Notes: generated by a model not told the origin, from the sequence alone. 64,000 bases of DNA from an uncultured bacterium (GCA_966212505.1 CBIHRS010000027.1:1-64000), one strand, 5' to 3'; positions 1-9,521 are shown, counted from the first letter of the stretch. Numbers and translations: made by a program.

Positions 1-416
1 AGGCCTTCTGGTCGAACATGCAAGCGATGCCACAGGCGGTGGAGGCCTGCCATGCTTTGCATGAAGCCGGCTATGAGCTGGTGTGTGTGTCGGCATTGCA
101 GGGCCGCTATGCCCAGGCGCGTGAACGCAACCTGCGCGCACTGGGTTTCCCGATCGACCGCATCGTGGCGACCGGCAGCATGCGCGACGGCCGCAGCCCG
201 AAGGCGGATGCCGTGGCGGCGCTGCGGCCGGCGGCATTCGTCGATGACTACCTGCCGTATTTCACCGGCGTGGAGGGCGACGTGCACAAGGCGCTGGTGA
301 TGCGCGGCAAGACCGGCTCGCCCAACCAGGGCGAAGGGCTGGGGATGATCCATTCGCAACATGCCGACCTCGCCGGTTTTGCGGCGTGGTGGCTCAACGG
401 CAAGGAACAACGATGA
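1..416 (+). CDS. HAD-like hydrolase, C-terminal part (5' end lies outside window)
   Basis: Reading frame is open to the window edge. HAD-like C-terminal region. The stop overlaps the start of the next gene (413-416), suggesting translational coupling. Confidence 0.5.
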   Translation, partial: AFWSNMQAMPQAVEACHALHEAGYELVCVSALQGRYAQARERNLRALGFPIDRIVATGSMRDGRSPKADAVAALRPAAFVDDYLPYFTGVEGDVHKALVMRGKTGSPNQGEGLGMIHSQHADLAGFAAWWLNGKEQR

Positions 417-985
417 CAACGACAGACGATATCCGCAGCGTCGAGCAGTTGCTCGATCGCATCTCGCAAGGCCTGCAGCCTGAATACCTGTTCTTCTGGG
501 GCCACCGTCCCAACAAGGACGGCTCGGTCGGCAAGGGCTGTTTCAGCCAGTGGTTCGAGACGGCCTTCACCGTCGACGGCACGCGCTACGCCACGGCTGA
601 GCATTTCATGATGGCCGGCAAGGCGCGCCTGTTCGGTGACGACGACACGCTGCAGAAGATCCTGGCCGCGTCGACGCCCGATGCCGCCAAGCGACTGGGC
701 CGCCGGATCAAGCCGTTCGACGAAGCTCGCTGGCAGCAGGCCCGGTTCGACATCGTCGTGCAGGGCAACGAAGCGAAGTTCAGGCAGCACCCTGCCCTGG
801 GCGCCTACCTGCTCGACACCGCTGACCGCGTGCTGGTGGAGGCCAGCCCGGTCGATGCGGTCTGGGGCATCGGCCTTGCGGCCACCGATTCCAAGGCAGC
901 CGACCCGGCGCAATGGGCAGGCCTCAACCTGCTCGGCTTCGCACTGATGGAAGTCCGCTCGCGACTGCGGGCGCCCACCTCATAG
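413..985 (+). CDS. NADAR-domain protein (YbiA-like N-glycosidase family, DUF1768/COG3236)
   Basis: 190 aa with NADAR-like conserved blocks (EYLFFWGH, FSQWF, TAEHFMMAGKARLFGD, EAKF..HP..G..LL.T, WGIG). Start chosen at internal ATG 413 (MTTTDD), 4 bp overlapping the upstream stop. Confidence 0.75.
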   Translation: MTTTDDIRSVEQLLDRISQGLQPEYLFFWGHRPNKDGSVGKGCFSQWFETAFTVDGTRYATAEHFMMAGKARLFGDDDTLQKILAASTPDAAKRLGRRIKPFDEARWQQARFDIVVQGNEAKFRQHPALGAYLLDTADRVLVEASPVDAVWGIGLAATDSKAADPAQWAGLNLLGFALMEVRSRLRAPTS

Positions 986-992
986 AACAACC

Positions 993-1598
993 ATGAAGAT
1001 CCCCGTCGAGCCCTACCTGGCTCAATCGCGGCAATGGCCGCAACACGGCGAGCATGTGCTCGCGCATTACGATGACGACTCGGTGCTCGTCTACCAGGCG
1101 TATCGCCCCAGCATCGGCCGATACGCCATCGAGCACGGCCACTTCGGCGGGCCCGATTTCAGCTTCTCGCGCATGAGCTGGATCAAGCCCAACTTCCTGT
1201 GGATGATGTTCCGCTCGGGCTGGGGCGCCAAGCCAGGGCAGGAGGTCGTGCTCGGCCTGCGCATCCGGCGGCCGTTCTTCGAATCGCTGATGCGCGCCGC
1301 GGTGCCGTCGACCTTCGATCCCCAGCGATACGACAGCCGCGAGGCTTGGCAGAGCGCGGTGGCCCAGTCCGACGTCCGACTGCAGTGGGATCCCGACCAT
1401 GCGCCGAATGGCGCGAAGCTCGAGCGCCGCGCGATCCAGCTCGGGCTGCGCAGGCAAGCCCTGGCTTCGTTCGCCAAGGACGAGTTGCTGGAGGTGATCG
1501 ACTTCACCGATTTCGTCGCCTCGCAGCGGCCCTTCGCGCAGAACGACAACCCTGCGCTGTTGACGCCGTCGGAGCGCGTGTTTCCTCATCTGGCGTAG
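993..1598 (+). CDS. DUF4291-family protein (function unknown)
   Basis: 201-aa ORF starting 8 bp after the NADAR stop. Sequence signature (MSWIKPNFLWMMFRSGWG) is recalled as DUF4291. High GC3 coding bias. Confidence 0.6.
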   Translation: MKIPVEPYLAQSRQWPQHGEHVLAHYDDDSVLVYQAYRPSIGRYAIEHGHFGGPDFSFSRMSWIKPNFLWMMFRSGWGAKPGQEVVLGLRIRRPFFESLMRAAVPSTFDPQRYDSREAWQSAVAQSDVRLQWDPDHAPNGAKLERRAIQLGLRRQALASFAKDELLEVIDFTDFVASQRPFAQNDNPALLTPSERVFPHLA

Positions 1599-1663
1599 CG
1601 AGGATGGAAACGCCCGGACACGGGCGTCATGAAGCTGTCGCAATCCGGTCATAGGCTTGTGCC

Positions 1664-3757
1664 ATGGACCTTGCGACCGCCGAACCGACAACGCCCGCCG
1701 CGACGCTGCCGCTGCTGAACCGCGAGCGCTCCATCCTCGAATTCAATCGCCGGGTGCTGGCACAGGCCCGGCGCGCCGACGTGCCGCTCTTGGAGCGGCT
1801 GCGCTATGTCACCATCGTGTCGTCCAACATGGACGAGTTCTTCGAGGTGCGCTTTGCGGACTTCGTCGAGGCATCGCGACAGCCGGGCACCGGTGTCTCG
1901 CAAGGCGACCTGCTGTCGGTCGCGCAGGCCGCGCACGAGCTGATCGACGAGCAGTACGCCGTCTTCAACGAAGAGGTGATGCCGGCGCTGAAGCAGCACG
2001 GCATCGTGGTGATCAACCATGCCGAGCGCACCGAGGCGCAGCGGCGCTGGGTCGCCCAGTTCTTCGAGACGCAGGTGCGGCCGCTGCTGGTGCCGGTGGG
2101 GCTGGATCCGGCGCATCCGTTTCCGCAGGTCGCCAACAAGTCGCTCAACTTCATCGTGCGGCTCGACGGCCGCGATGCCTTCGGCCGCGAGAACTCGATC
2201 GCGATCGTGAAGGTGCCGCGCATCCTGCCGCGCGTGATCCGCCTGCCCGATGCGCTGACCAACGGCCTGCAAGGCTTCGTGATGCTCACGAGCGTGATCC
2301 GCGCACACCTCGAGGAGCTGTTCGGCGGCCGCACCGTCACCTCGTTCTCGCAATTCCGCGTCACGCGCGATTCCGACCTCGAGGTCGACGACGGCGATGT
2401 GACCAACCTGCGCCAGGCGTTGCGCACCGGCCTGACCACGCGGCATTTCGGCCAGGCGATCCGGCTCGAGGTGGTGAACACCTGCCCGCCGGAGCTGTCG
2501 GAGTTCCTGCTGCAGCAGTTCAGCCTGCCGAAGGCCGCGCTCTATCGGGTGAACGGCCCGGTGAACCTGGTGCGGCTCGTCGAGCTGATCGACCAAGCCC
2601 ATGCGCCGGCGCTGCGCTTCCCCGCCTACGAGCCCACCTGGCCGGAGCGCCGGCTGCCGCGCCACAGCTCGATCTTCCAGCGCCTGCACGAAGGCGACCT
2701 GATGCTGCACCATCCGTTCGAGAGCTTCGAGCCGGTGGTGCAGTTCCTGCGGGAGGCGGTCGACGATCCCGACGTGCTCGCCATCAAGCAGACGATCTAC
2801 CGCACCGGCTCGCAGTCGGTGCTGATGGACCTGCTGCTCGAGGCCGCCCGCCGCGGCAAGGAAGTGATGGTGGTCGTGGAGCTGAAGGCCCGCTTCGACG
2901 AAGAGGCGAACATCAACTGGGCCGAGCGGCTGGAGGCCGTGGGCGCGCAGGTGGTGTACGGCATCGTCGGCCTGAAGACGCACGCCAAGCTGTTGCTGGT
3001 GACCCGGCGCGAAGGCAGCCGCCGCGGCGCGCCCACGCTGCGCCGCTATGTGCACCTGTCCACCGGCAACTACAACGCGAAGACGGCGCGGCTCTACACC
3101 GACATCGGCTATTTCACCGCCGACCCCGACCTCACCGCCGATGCCGACGCGGTGTTCCACCAGCTCGCGAGCCTGACCACGGTGCGTACGCCGCGCCATC
3201 TGCTGGTGGCGCCGTTCGGACTGCACCGCCGCATGCTGGCGCACATCGACCTCGTGATGCGCTGCGCGCGCAAGGGCGGGCCGGCGCGCATCGTGATCAA
3301 GTGCAATGCGATGACCGACCCGGCGCTGATCCATGCGCTGGTGCAGGCCGCCCAGGCCGGCGCGCAGATCGACCTGATCGTGCGCGGCGCCTGCATGCTC
3401 GAGCCCGGCGTGCCCGGCTTCACCGAGCGCATCCGCGTGCGGTCGGTGATCGGCCGCTTCCTCGAGCATTCGCGCATCTTCTATTTCTGCTGGGGCCCCA
3501 CCGAGCGCGAAGAGGCGGTGTACCTCTCGAGCGCCGACTGGATGAGCCGCAACATGCTGCGGCGGATCGAGCTGGCCTGGCCGGTGCGCGACCCGGCCCT
3601 GCGCCAGCGCGTGATCGACGAATGCCTCGTGCCCTACCTGCACGACCAGCGCGATGCCTGGGCGCTGCAGCCGGGCGGCGACTACCAGCGCGTGTCGCGC
3701 GACGGCGTCAGCGCACAGGAAGCGCTGATGAACCGCTTCGGCAGCGCCGAGGCCTGA
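1664..3757 (+). CDS. ppk: polyphosphate kinase 1
   Basis: 697 aa. Canonical PPK1 N-terminus (RERSILEFNRRVL..., PLLERL.Y..I.SSN.DEFFEVR) and C-terminal PLD-like HKD regions. Confidence 0.93.
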   Translation: MDLATAEPTTPAATLPLLNRERSILEFNRRVLAQARRADVPLLERLRYVTIVSSNMDEFFEVRFADFVEASRQPGTGVSQGDLLSVAQAAHELIDEQYAVFNEEVMPALKQHGIVVINHAERTEAQRRWVAQFFETQVRPLLVPVGLDPAHPFPQVANKSLNFIVRLDGRDAFGRENSIAIVKVPRILPRVIRLPDALTNGLQGFVMLTSVIRAHLEELFGGRTVTSFSQFRVTRDSDLEVDDGDVTNLRQALRTGLTTRHFGQAIRLEVVNTCPPELSEFLLQQFSLPKAALYRVNGPVNLVRLVELIDQAHAPALRFPAYEPTWPERRLPRHSSIFQRLHEGDLMLHHPFESFEPVVQFLREAVDDPDVLAIKQTIYRTGSQSVLMDLLLEAARRGKEVMVVVELKARFDEEANINWAERLEAVGAQVVYGIVGLKTHAKLLLVTRREGSRRGAPTLRRYVHLSTGNYNAKTARLYTDIGYFTADPDLTADADAVFHQLASLTTVRTPRHLLVAPFGLHRRMLAHIDLVMRCARKGGPARIVIKCNAMTDPALIHALVQAAQAGAQIDLIVRGACMLEPGVPGFTERIRVRSVIGRFLEHSRIFYFCWGPTEREEAVYLSSADWMSRNMLRRIELAWPVRDPALRQRVIDECLVPYLHDQRDAWALQPGGDYQRVSRDGVSAQEALMNRFGSAEA

Positions 3758-3779
3758 GAAGGCCCGGCGCAGGCCTGGC

Positions 3780-5303
3780 CTACCTCGACAGCCCGCGCAC
3801 CTGCAGTGCCAGCACGCCGCTGCGCTGCCAGTTCTGCATCTCCTCGCGCAACAGGTGCTGCGTGCGCAGGTCGGGCACCGGCCCGCCGCGCTGCACATCG
3901 AGCTCGGCCACCATGCCGGCGCGGTGCAGGCGCCAGTGCTTCACGGGCGCATCGCTGCGCGCATGGCAGGCGATCACCGCCAGGCGCAGGCACAGCAGCT
4001 GCCATGCGAACTCGGCCGCCGCGAGCGAAGCCTCCACCTTGCGCAGCCCGCCCCTCTGGCCGAGCACCAGCGCGCTCAGGTAGCGCTGCTGGTTCTGCGA
4101 GAAGCCGGCGGCATCGGCATGCGCCAGCAGGTAGGCGCTATGGCGATGGTGGTCATGGTGCGACACCAGCATGCCGATCTCGTGCAACGCCGCGGCCCAG
4201 CCGAGCTCGCGCCGGGCCTCGCGCGAGGCTCCCGAGGCCGGAGCCACCTGGTCGTACAGCGCGAGCGCCACGCGCTCCACGCGCGCAGCCTGCGCCGCAT
4301 CGGCACCGAAGCGCTGGCGCAGCTCGTCCACCGAACGATCGCGCATGTCCAGCGCGTGCGGCTGCTGGGCCGCGCGCAGGCGTGCATCAAGCTCGATGAT
4401 CACGCCCTGCCGCAAGGCGCCCTTGGCCGGCAGCAGCTCGTCGATGCGCAGCAGCGCGCACAGCGTGTAGAGGATCGCGAGGCCGCCCGGGATCACCGGC
4501 TTGCGGTCGGGCTTGAGGCTGGCGAAATCGAGCTGGTCGACATGGCCCACCGCGATGCAGCGCTCGATCGCCCAGGCCAGCGCAGCGGGCGTGATGCGGC
4601 CGTCGGTGATGCCCTCGACCTGCAGCAGCTGAGACACGGCGCCCGCGGTGCCTGAAGAGCCCAGCGCCTCCTTCCAGCGGCTGGGCTCGAACGTGCCCAG
4701 GGCCTCCTCGATCTCGGCACCGGCTGCGATCTGTGCGGCACGGAACGCCTCCTGGGTCAGCCGCCCATCGGAGAAATAGCGCATCGACAGGCCCACGCTG
4801 CCCACCGCAAATGATTCCGCCACGCTGGGCTCGAGCCCATGGCCGAGGATCATCTCGGTGGAGCGCCCGCCGATGTCGATCACCAGCCGCGGCTGGCTCG
4901 AGGGCTGCAGGTGCGCGACGCCGGCATAGATCAGCCGCGCCTCCTCGCGTCCCGAGATCACCTCGATGGGAAAACCCAGCACCGCGTGGCCGCGCGCCAG
5001 GAAGTCGTCGCGGTTGCCGGCCTCGCGCAGCGTCTGCGTGGCCACGGCCCGCACCTGCCATGGCGCGAAGCCCTTCAGCCGTTCGGCAAAGCGCGCCAGG
5101 CAGGCCATCCCGCGGGCATTCGCTTCTTCCGTCAACCGACCTTGGTCATCGAGCCCGGCGCCGAGGCGGACCGTATCCTTGATGTAGTCGATGCGGCGAT
5201 AACGCCCGTGTTCGAGCTGTCCGATCTCGAGCCGGAAGCTGTTGGAGCCGATGTCGATGGCCGCCAGCGGGCCGGTCTGAACTGCGTGGCGAGTGTCTTG
5301 CAT
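3780..5303 (-). CDS. ppx: exopolyphosphatase / guanosine pentaphosphate phosphohydrolase (Ppx/GppA family)
   Basis: Ppx/GppA actin-like ATPase motifs (AAIDIGSNSFRL, E..ARLIY.G) plus an HD-like C-terminal domain. Start set at Met15 of the ORF (MQDTRH). Convergent with ppk. Confidence 0.9.
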   Translation of the reverse strand: MQDTRHAVQTGPLAAIDIGSNSFRLEIGQLEHGRYRRIDYIKDTVRLGAGLDDQGRLTEEANARGMACLARFAERLKGFAPWQVRAVATQTLREAGNRDDFLARGHAVLGFPIEVISGREEARLIYAGVAHLQPSSQPRLVIDIGGRSTEMILGHGLEPSVAESFAVGSVGLSMRYFSDGRLTQEAFRAAQIAAGAEIEEALGTFEPSRWKEALGSSGTAGAVSQLLQVEGITDGRITPAALAWAIERCIAVGHVDQLDFASLKPDRKPVIPGGLAILYTLCALLRIDELLPAKGALRQGVIIELDARLRAAQQPHALDMRDRSVDELRQRFGADAAQAARVERVALALYDQVAPASGASREARRELGWAAALHEIGMLVSHHDHHRHSAYLLAHADAAGFSQNQQRYLSALVLGQRGGLRKVEASLAAAEFAWQLLCLRLAVIACHARSDAPVKHWRLHRAGMVAELDVQRGGPVPDLRTQHLLREEMQNWQRSGVLALQVRGLSR

Positions 5304-5407
5304 CGCACGATTGTCGCGGCTGCCCGCATCCCTGCCGTGCTTCATGCCGCCGTCACAAACGGCGGCAATAGTCGCTCACAACCAACACCCATCAGGAGAG
5401 GTTTGTC

Positions 5408-6022
5408 ATGCACCAGGTACGCGCCTTGCGCCGCCGCGCCGGTGTGCTGTGCGCCGCTGCCATGCTCTGCATGGCCTCGGCACAGGCCACCACCGTTTCG
5501 TTGAATGCCGATGGCCAATGGCATGCGTTCAATGTCAGTGACATCGATTCGCAGAGCTTCGGCGTCGAGTGGATCGACAACGCCAACTCGCTGTCGCCCG
5601 ACTTCGGCTCGCCGCTGCTGTTCAACTTCAGCATCGCGGCCGGCTACCAGGGCAGGCTCACCGTGGTCGACGCCGGTTTCGCCGGTGACACCTTCCACGT
5701 GACCAACGCGGGCGCGCTGCTGGGCAACACCAGCGCGGTGCCGCTGCAGGACTACGCCACCGCGCCCGATGCCGGCACCAACTTCGACGCCGCGCTGGGA
5801 ACTCCCGAGTTCAGCCATGCCGTGTTCACGCTCGGCGCCGGCAGCTACAGCATCGGCGGCTCGCTGGCGCAATCGGTGCAGGCCGGCGGCCTGCCGCTGA
5901 ACGCCACCGTCGGCGCTTTGCGCCTGACGATCTCGTCGGTGCCGGAGCCGTCGACCACGCTCTGCTTCGTCGCAGGCCTGGGCCTGTTCGCCGTCGGCGC
6001 ACTGCGCCGAGGCCATCGCTGA
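5408..6022 (+). CDS. PEP-CTERM sorting-domain secreted protein
   Basis: N-terminal signal peptide. C-terminal VPEPSTTLCFVAGLGLFAVGALRRGHR is a PEP-CTERM motif followed by a TM helix and a basic tail. Confidence 0.8.
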   Translation: MHQVRALRRRAGVLCAAAMLCMASAQATTVSLNADGQWHAFNVSDIDSQSFGVEWIDNANSLSPDFGSPLLFNFSIAAGYQGRLTVVDAGFAGDTFHVTNAGALLGNTSAVPLQDYATAPDAGTNFDAALGTPEFSHAVFTLGAGSYSIGGSLAQSVQAGGLPLNATVGALRLTISSVPEPSTTLCFVAGLGLFAVGALRRGHR

Positions 6023-6040
6023 ATCGCACCGGAGGTTTCC

Positions 6041-7951
6041 ATGCAGCTTCGTTCCATCGCGCTGGCCGCGGGTCTCGCGCTGCTCGGCGCCTGCGCCTCG
6101 GCGCAGATCCCACCTGCCCCGTTCAAGGTCAAGCTGATCGGCTTCAACGACTTCCACGGCAACCTGCAGTCGCCGGGCACGTTCGGGCAGAACACCACCA
6201 TCCCCTCGGCCTCGCGCCATGCAGTGGGTGGCGCGGAATACCTCGGGGCCTACGTCGCGCAGCTCAAGAGCCAGAACCCGCTCAACGTGGTGGTCGGCGC
6301 GGGCGACTTCATCGGCGCCTCGCCGCTGATCTCGGCGCTGTTCTTCGACGAGCCCTCGGTCGAATCGCTCAACCACATCGGCGTCGAGTTCAACGCCGTG
6401 GGCAACCATGAGTTCGACAAGGGCTCGGCCGAGCTGCGCCGCCTGCAGAACGGCGGCTGCAAGATCACCAACGGCGCCACCGATCCCAACAGCTGCAAGG
6501 GCGTGGGCTCGTCGGCCCTGGGCACCTTCGATGGCGCGAAGTTCAAGTGGCTCTCGGCCAACGTGATCGACAAGGCCACCGGCCGCACACTGTTTCCGCC
6601 CTACGGCATCAAGACCTTCAACGGCGTGAAGGTGGCCTTCATCGGCATGACGCTCAAGGGCACGCCCGGCATCGTCACGCCCACCGGCGTGGCGGGGCTG
6701 GAGTTCCGCGACGAGGCCGACACCGTCAACGCGCTGATCCCGAGGCTGCGCGCGCAGGGCATCGAGTCGATCGTCGTGCTGGTGCACCAAGGCGGCTTCC
6801 AGTCCAGCCCCACGGTCAGCGACATCAACGGCTGCGACGGCGACCTGAAGGACGCCGACGGCACCGACTCCGAGATCGGCGCCATCGTGCGCCGCCTCGA
6901 CGATGCGGTCGACCTGGTGATCAGCGGCCACACGCATGCCGCCTACAACTGCTCGGCCAGCACGGTCGACGTGCGCAGCAGCGGCGGTGTTGTCAGCAGC
7001 ATGCCGCGCCCGACCGGCCTGCCCAACAAGGCCGGCCGGCTCGTGCCGGTGACCAGCGCCAGCGCCTTCGGCCGCGTGCTGACCGACATCGACCTGACGA
7101 TCAACCCCGCCACGCGCGATGTGGTCGCGGTGCAGGCCACCAACCGCCTCGTCGACCGCAGCGATGCCAACGCCACTGCCTACGTGGCCGCGAATACCAC
7201 CCTCAAGAACATCGTCGACGGCTACAACGCGCTGGTGTCGCCGCTGGCCAACCAGGTGGTGGCCACCATCACCTCGGCGCTGCCCAACACGCCCAACGCG
7301 GCGGGTGAGATGCCCGCGGGCGACCTGATCGCCGATGCGCAGCTGCAGGCCACGCAGCCCGCGGCCCTGGGCGGCGCGGCCATCGCGTTCATGAATGCAG
7401 GCGGCGTGCGCAACCCGGGCTTCGTCGGCGCCGGCTATCCGTACGACCTGACCTACGGCAACGTCTTCACGGTGCAGCCCTTCGGCAACAGCCTGGTCAC
7501 GATGACGCTCACCGCCCAGCAGCTGAAAGACCTGCTTGAGCAGCAGTTCCCCGGCTGCAACGGCCAGACGGCGCAGCGCGTGATGCAGGTCTCCAACGGC
7601 TTCAGCTACTCGTGGAGCGCGAGCGCGCCAGCCTGCTCGAAGATCGTCGACGTGACGCTCACGCCCACTGACGTGACGGTGGTGCCGCCGGTGGCCACCG
7701 GCGTGCCCGACCGCATCGTGATCGGCGGCGTCGTGCAGAACCCGGGCAAGACCTACCGCGTGACGGTGAACAACTTCATGGCCACCGGCGGCGACGGGTA
7801 CGGCGTGCTCAAGGGCGGCACCAGCGTGCTCGGCGGCGCGCAGGACATCGATGCGCTGGTGGCCTACCTCAGCGGATTCAAGGCACCGCATGCGGCCTAC
7901 AACCAGGCCGACGCGGCCCACAACGTGCCGCGCATCCAGCGCCTGCCCTGA
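6041..7951 (+). CDS. bifunctional metallophosphatase/5'-nucleotidase (UshA-like), lipoprotein
   Basis: 636 aa. Lipobox LLGAC. Calcineurin-like metallophosphatase motifs (GFNDFHG, GNHEFD, GHTH) and a C-terminal 5'-nucleotidase domain. Confidence 0.85.
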   Translation: MQLRSIALAAGLALLGACASAQIPPAPFKVKLIGFNDFHGNLQSPGTFGQNTTIPSASRHAVGGAEYLGAYVAQLKSQNPLNVVVGAGDFIGASPLISALFFDEPSVESLNHIGVEFNAVGNHEFDKGSAELRRLQNGGCKITNGATDPNSCKGVGSSALGTFDGAKFKWLSANVIDKATGRTLFPPYGIKTFNGVKVAFIGMTLKGTPGIVTPTGVAGLEFRDEADTVNALIPRLRAQGIESIVVLVHQGGFQSSPTVSDINGCDGDLKDADGTDSEIGAIVRRLDDAVDLVISGHTHAAYNCSASTVDVRSSGGVVSSMPRPTGLPNKAGRLVPVTSASAFGRVLTDIDLTINPATRDVVAVQATNRLVDRSDANATAYVAANTTLKNIVDGYNALVSPLANQVVATITSALPNTPNAAGEMPAGDLIADAQLQATQPAALGGAAIAFMNAGGVRNPGFVGAGYPYDLTYGNVFTVQPFGNSLVTMTLTAQQLKDLLEQQFPGCNGQTAQRVMQVSNGFSYSWSASAPACSKIVDVTLTPTDVTVVPPVATGVPDRIVIGGVVQNPGKTYRVTVNNFMATGGDGYGVLKGGTSVLGGAQDIDALVAYLSGFKAPHAAYNQADAAHNVPRIQRLP

Positions 7952-9082
7952 GTGACAGGCCGGGCTCGCGCAACGCGGCTGGCCGGCGCCCTGGCGCTGG
8001 CCGCCGCGGCAGCGTGGCCCGCCGCGCATGCGCACGACGATCGGCGTGGCGATGCCCAGGCCGAAGCGGCGCGAGCGCCGTGGCTCATCGCGGGCGAGAA
8101 GGCGCTGGTGGCCGGCGATGCGGCCGCGGCGATCGACGCGCTCGAACGTGCCGCTGCGCTGGGCCATGCCGCCGAGGTCGAGCTCGACCTCGTGCGTGCC
8201 TACCTGCTGGCCGGCCGCTACCGCCAGGCACTGAGCTTCGGCGCGCATGTGGCCGGCGAGCATCACGACACCACGGCGCCGGCCGCGCTCTATGCGTGGC
8301 TGCTGGCCGCGGGCGGGCAGGAGCCGTATGCCCGCCAGGTGCTGGACGAGGCCCTGCGCCGCGCACCGGGCGATCCGCTGGCGGTGATGACGCGCGACGC
8401 GGTGGGCATGGCGGCACCGCTCGCATCGGGCCCGATGCTCAATCGGGCTCATGCGATGACGCCTTCGGTCAGCGGCACAGGCCCAGCGGTTGCGGCTCAT
8501 GCCCGCATCGCCGCCACCGCGGTCCTGCTCGACGAACACCGGGCCCTGGCGCCGCTGGCGCCCCTCCAGGGCCATGGCCGGCTCTGGGTGCGCAACGGGC
8601 TGGGACAGACCGTCTCTGCAGCGGTGCTGCATGAGCGGCCGGATCTGGGCCTCGCGCTGCTGCAGCTGAGCGCCCCGCTGCCCATCGGCGAGGCGACGCC
8701 CTACGCCAGCCGCGATCCGTTCGCCGGAAGCCCGGGCTTCGTCGTCGCCTATGCGCCCGCCGCCGATGCGATACCCGCCTGGCCCTGGCTGCGGCTCGGC
8801 TTCCTCGGCATGCCGGCCGGTCGCGACGCGGTGCAGCGCCGGCTCGGCATTGCCGCACCGGCCTCCGCAATCGGCGCACCGGTGTTCGATGCGAACGGCC
8901 GGCTCGCCGGCATCACGCTGCCACAAGCGGCAGGCGAAGCGGTCTGGCTGCCCATCTCCGGCTGGGCCGACTGGCTTCCGGCCAACCCTGAATCTCCACC
9001 CGCGCCACGGCAGCCAATCGCGCCCGACCTGGTCTATGAACGCGCGCTGCGCATTGCGCTGCAACTGATCGTCGCGGACTGA
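7952..9082 (+). CDS. secreted TPR-like / degenerate trypsin-like peptidase-domain protein (hypothetical)
   Basis: GTG start abutting the upstream stop. Signal peptide. Ala-rich TPR-like N-terminal half. The C-terminal half has S1-peptidase-like blocks (DLGLALLQL, GSPGFV, FDANGRLAGI). Confidence 0.5.
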   Translation: MTGRARATRLAGALALAAAAAWPAAHAHDDRRGDAQAEAARAPWLIAGEKALVAGDAAAAIDALERAAALGHAAEVELDLVRAYLLAGRYRQALSFGAHVAGEHHDTTAPAALYAWLLAAGGQEPYARQVLDEALRRAPGDPLAVMTRDAVGMAAPLASGPMLNRAHAMTPSVSGTGPAVAAHARIAATAVLLDEHRALAPLAPLQGHGRLWVRNGLGQTVSAAVLHERPDLGLALLQLSAPLPIGEATPYASRDPFAGSPGFVVAYAPAADAIPAWPWLRLGFLGMPAGRDAVQRRLGIAAPASAIGAPVFDANGRLAGITLPQAAGEAVWLPISGWADWLPANPESPPAPRQPIAPDLVYERALRIALQLIVAD

Positions 9083-9092
9083 TCGGAGTGCT

Positions 9093-9126
9093 AACGATAT
9101 ATACCGTATAAACTGTATATATCGTT
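9093..9126 (+). promoter_or_regulatory. perfect 12-bp inverted repeat (AACGATATATAC-N10-GTATATATCGTT), putative operator/promoter
   Basis: AT-rich palindrome 19 bp upstream of the ATG at 9145. It contains TATA-like -10 candidates and sits in an otherwise ~70% GC genome. Confidence 0.6.
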
Positions 9127-9144
9127 TCCACGAGGACCCACTCC

Positions 9145-9483
9145 ATGGCCACCACCCGCAAGGCCGCCCCCAAGCCCACACCGAAAGCCAAGCCGGCAGC
9201 TCAGCCGGTCGAGGCACCGGCCGCTGCGCCCAAGGCACCGAAGGAAAAGCCGGTGCGCGACAGCTTCACGATGCCGCCGGCCGAATACGCCGTCATCGCC
9301 GCCATCAAGCAGCGCGCGCTGCAGCTGGGCCATCCCGCGAAGAAGAGCGAGGTGCTGCGCGCCGGCCTGAAGACGCTGGCCGCGATGAGCGACAAGGTGC
9401 TGCTGGCCGCGCTGCAGGCAGTGCCGCCGCTGAAGACCGGTCGTCCCTCGGCCAAGGACAAGCCGCGCCACAAGAAAGGCTGA
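9145..9483 (+). CDS. small basic protein with AKP-rich N-terminal tail and RHH-like C-terminal domain (hypothetical DNA-binding)
   Basis: 112 aa. The N-terminus is rich in A/K/P repeats and looks histone-H1-like. The C-terminus (SFTMPPAEYAVIAAIKQRALQLGHPAKKSEVLRAGL) fits a strand-helix-GxS/T-helix ribbon-helix-helix pattern. GC3-biased coding. Confidence 0.6.
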   Translation: MATTRKAAPKPTPKAKPAAQPVEAPAAAPKAPKEKPVRDSFTMPPAEYAVIAAIKQRALQLGHPAKKSEVLRAGLKTLAAMSDKVLLAALQAVPPLKTGRPSAKDKPRHKKG

Positions 9484-9492
9484 CACGCCCGC

Positions 9493-9521
9493 TTGACGGA
9501 AAAGTGAAGAGTCTTTACAGT
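9493..9521 (+). promoter_or_regulatory. sigma70-like promoter (TTGACG-17bp-TACAGT)
   Basis: Good -35/-10 match with 17-bp spacing, about 40 bp upstream of a small high-GC3 ORF. Confidence 0.4.

Noticed and set aside
1649-3898. 749-aa minus-strand ORF and 808-aa plus-strand alternate-frame ORF across the ppk locus
   Set aside because: These are antisense or alternate-frame shadows of polyphosphate kinase. High GC suppresses stop codons. The translations are Arg/Ala-rich and low-complexity, while ppk in its own frame is unambiguous.
5342-9238. 1298-aa minus-strand ORF spanning the PEP-CTERM, nucleotidase and TPR genes
   Set aside because: Antisense to three well-supported plus-strand genes. 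Composition is typical of a GC-rich shadow ORF.
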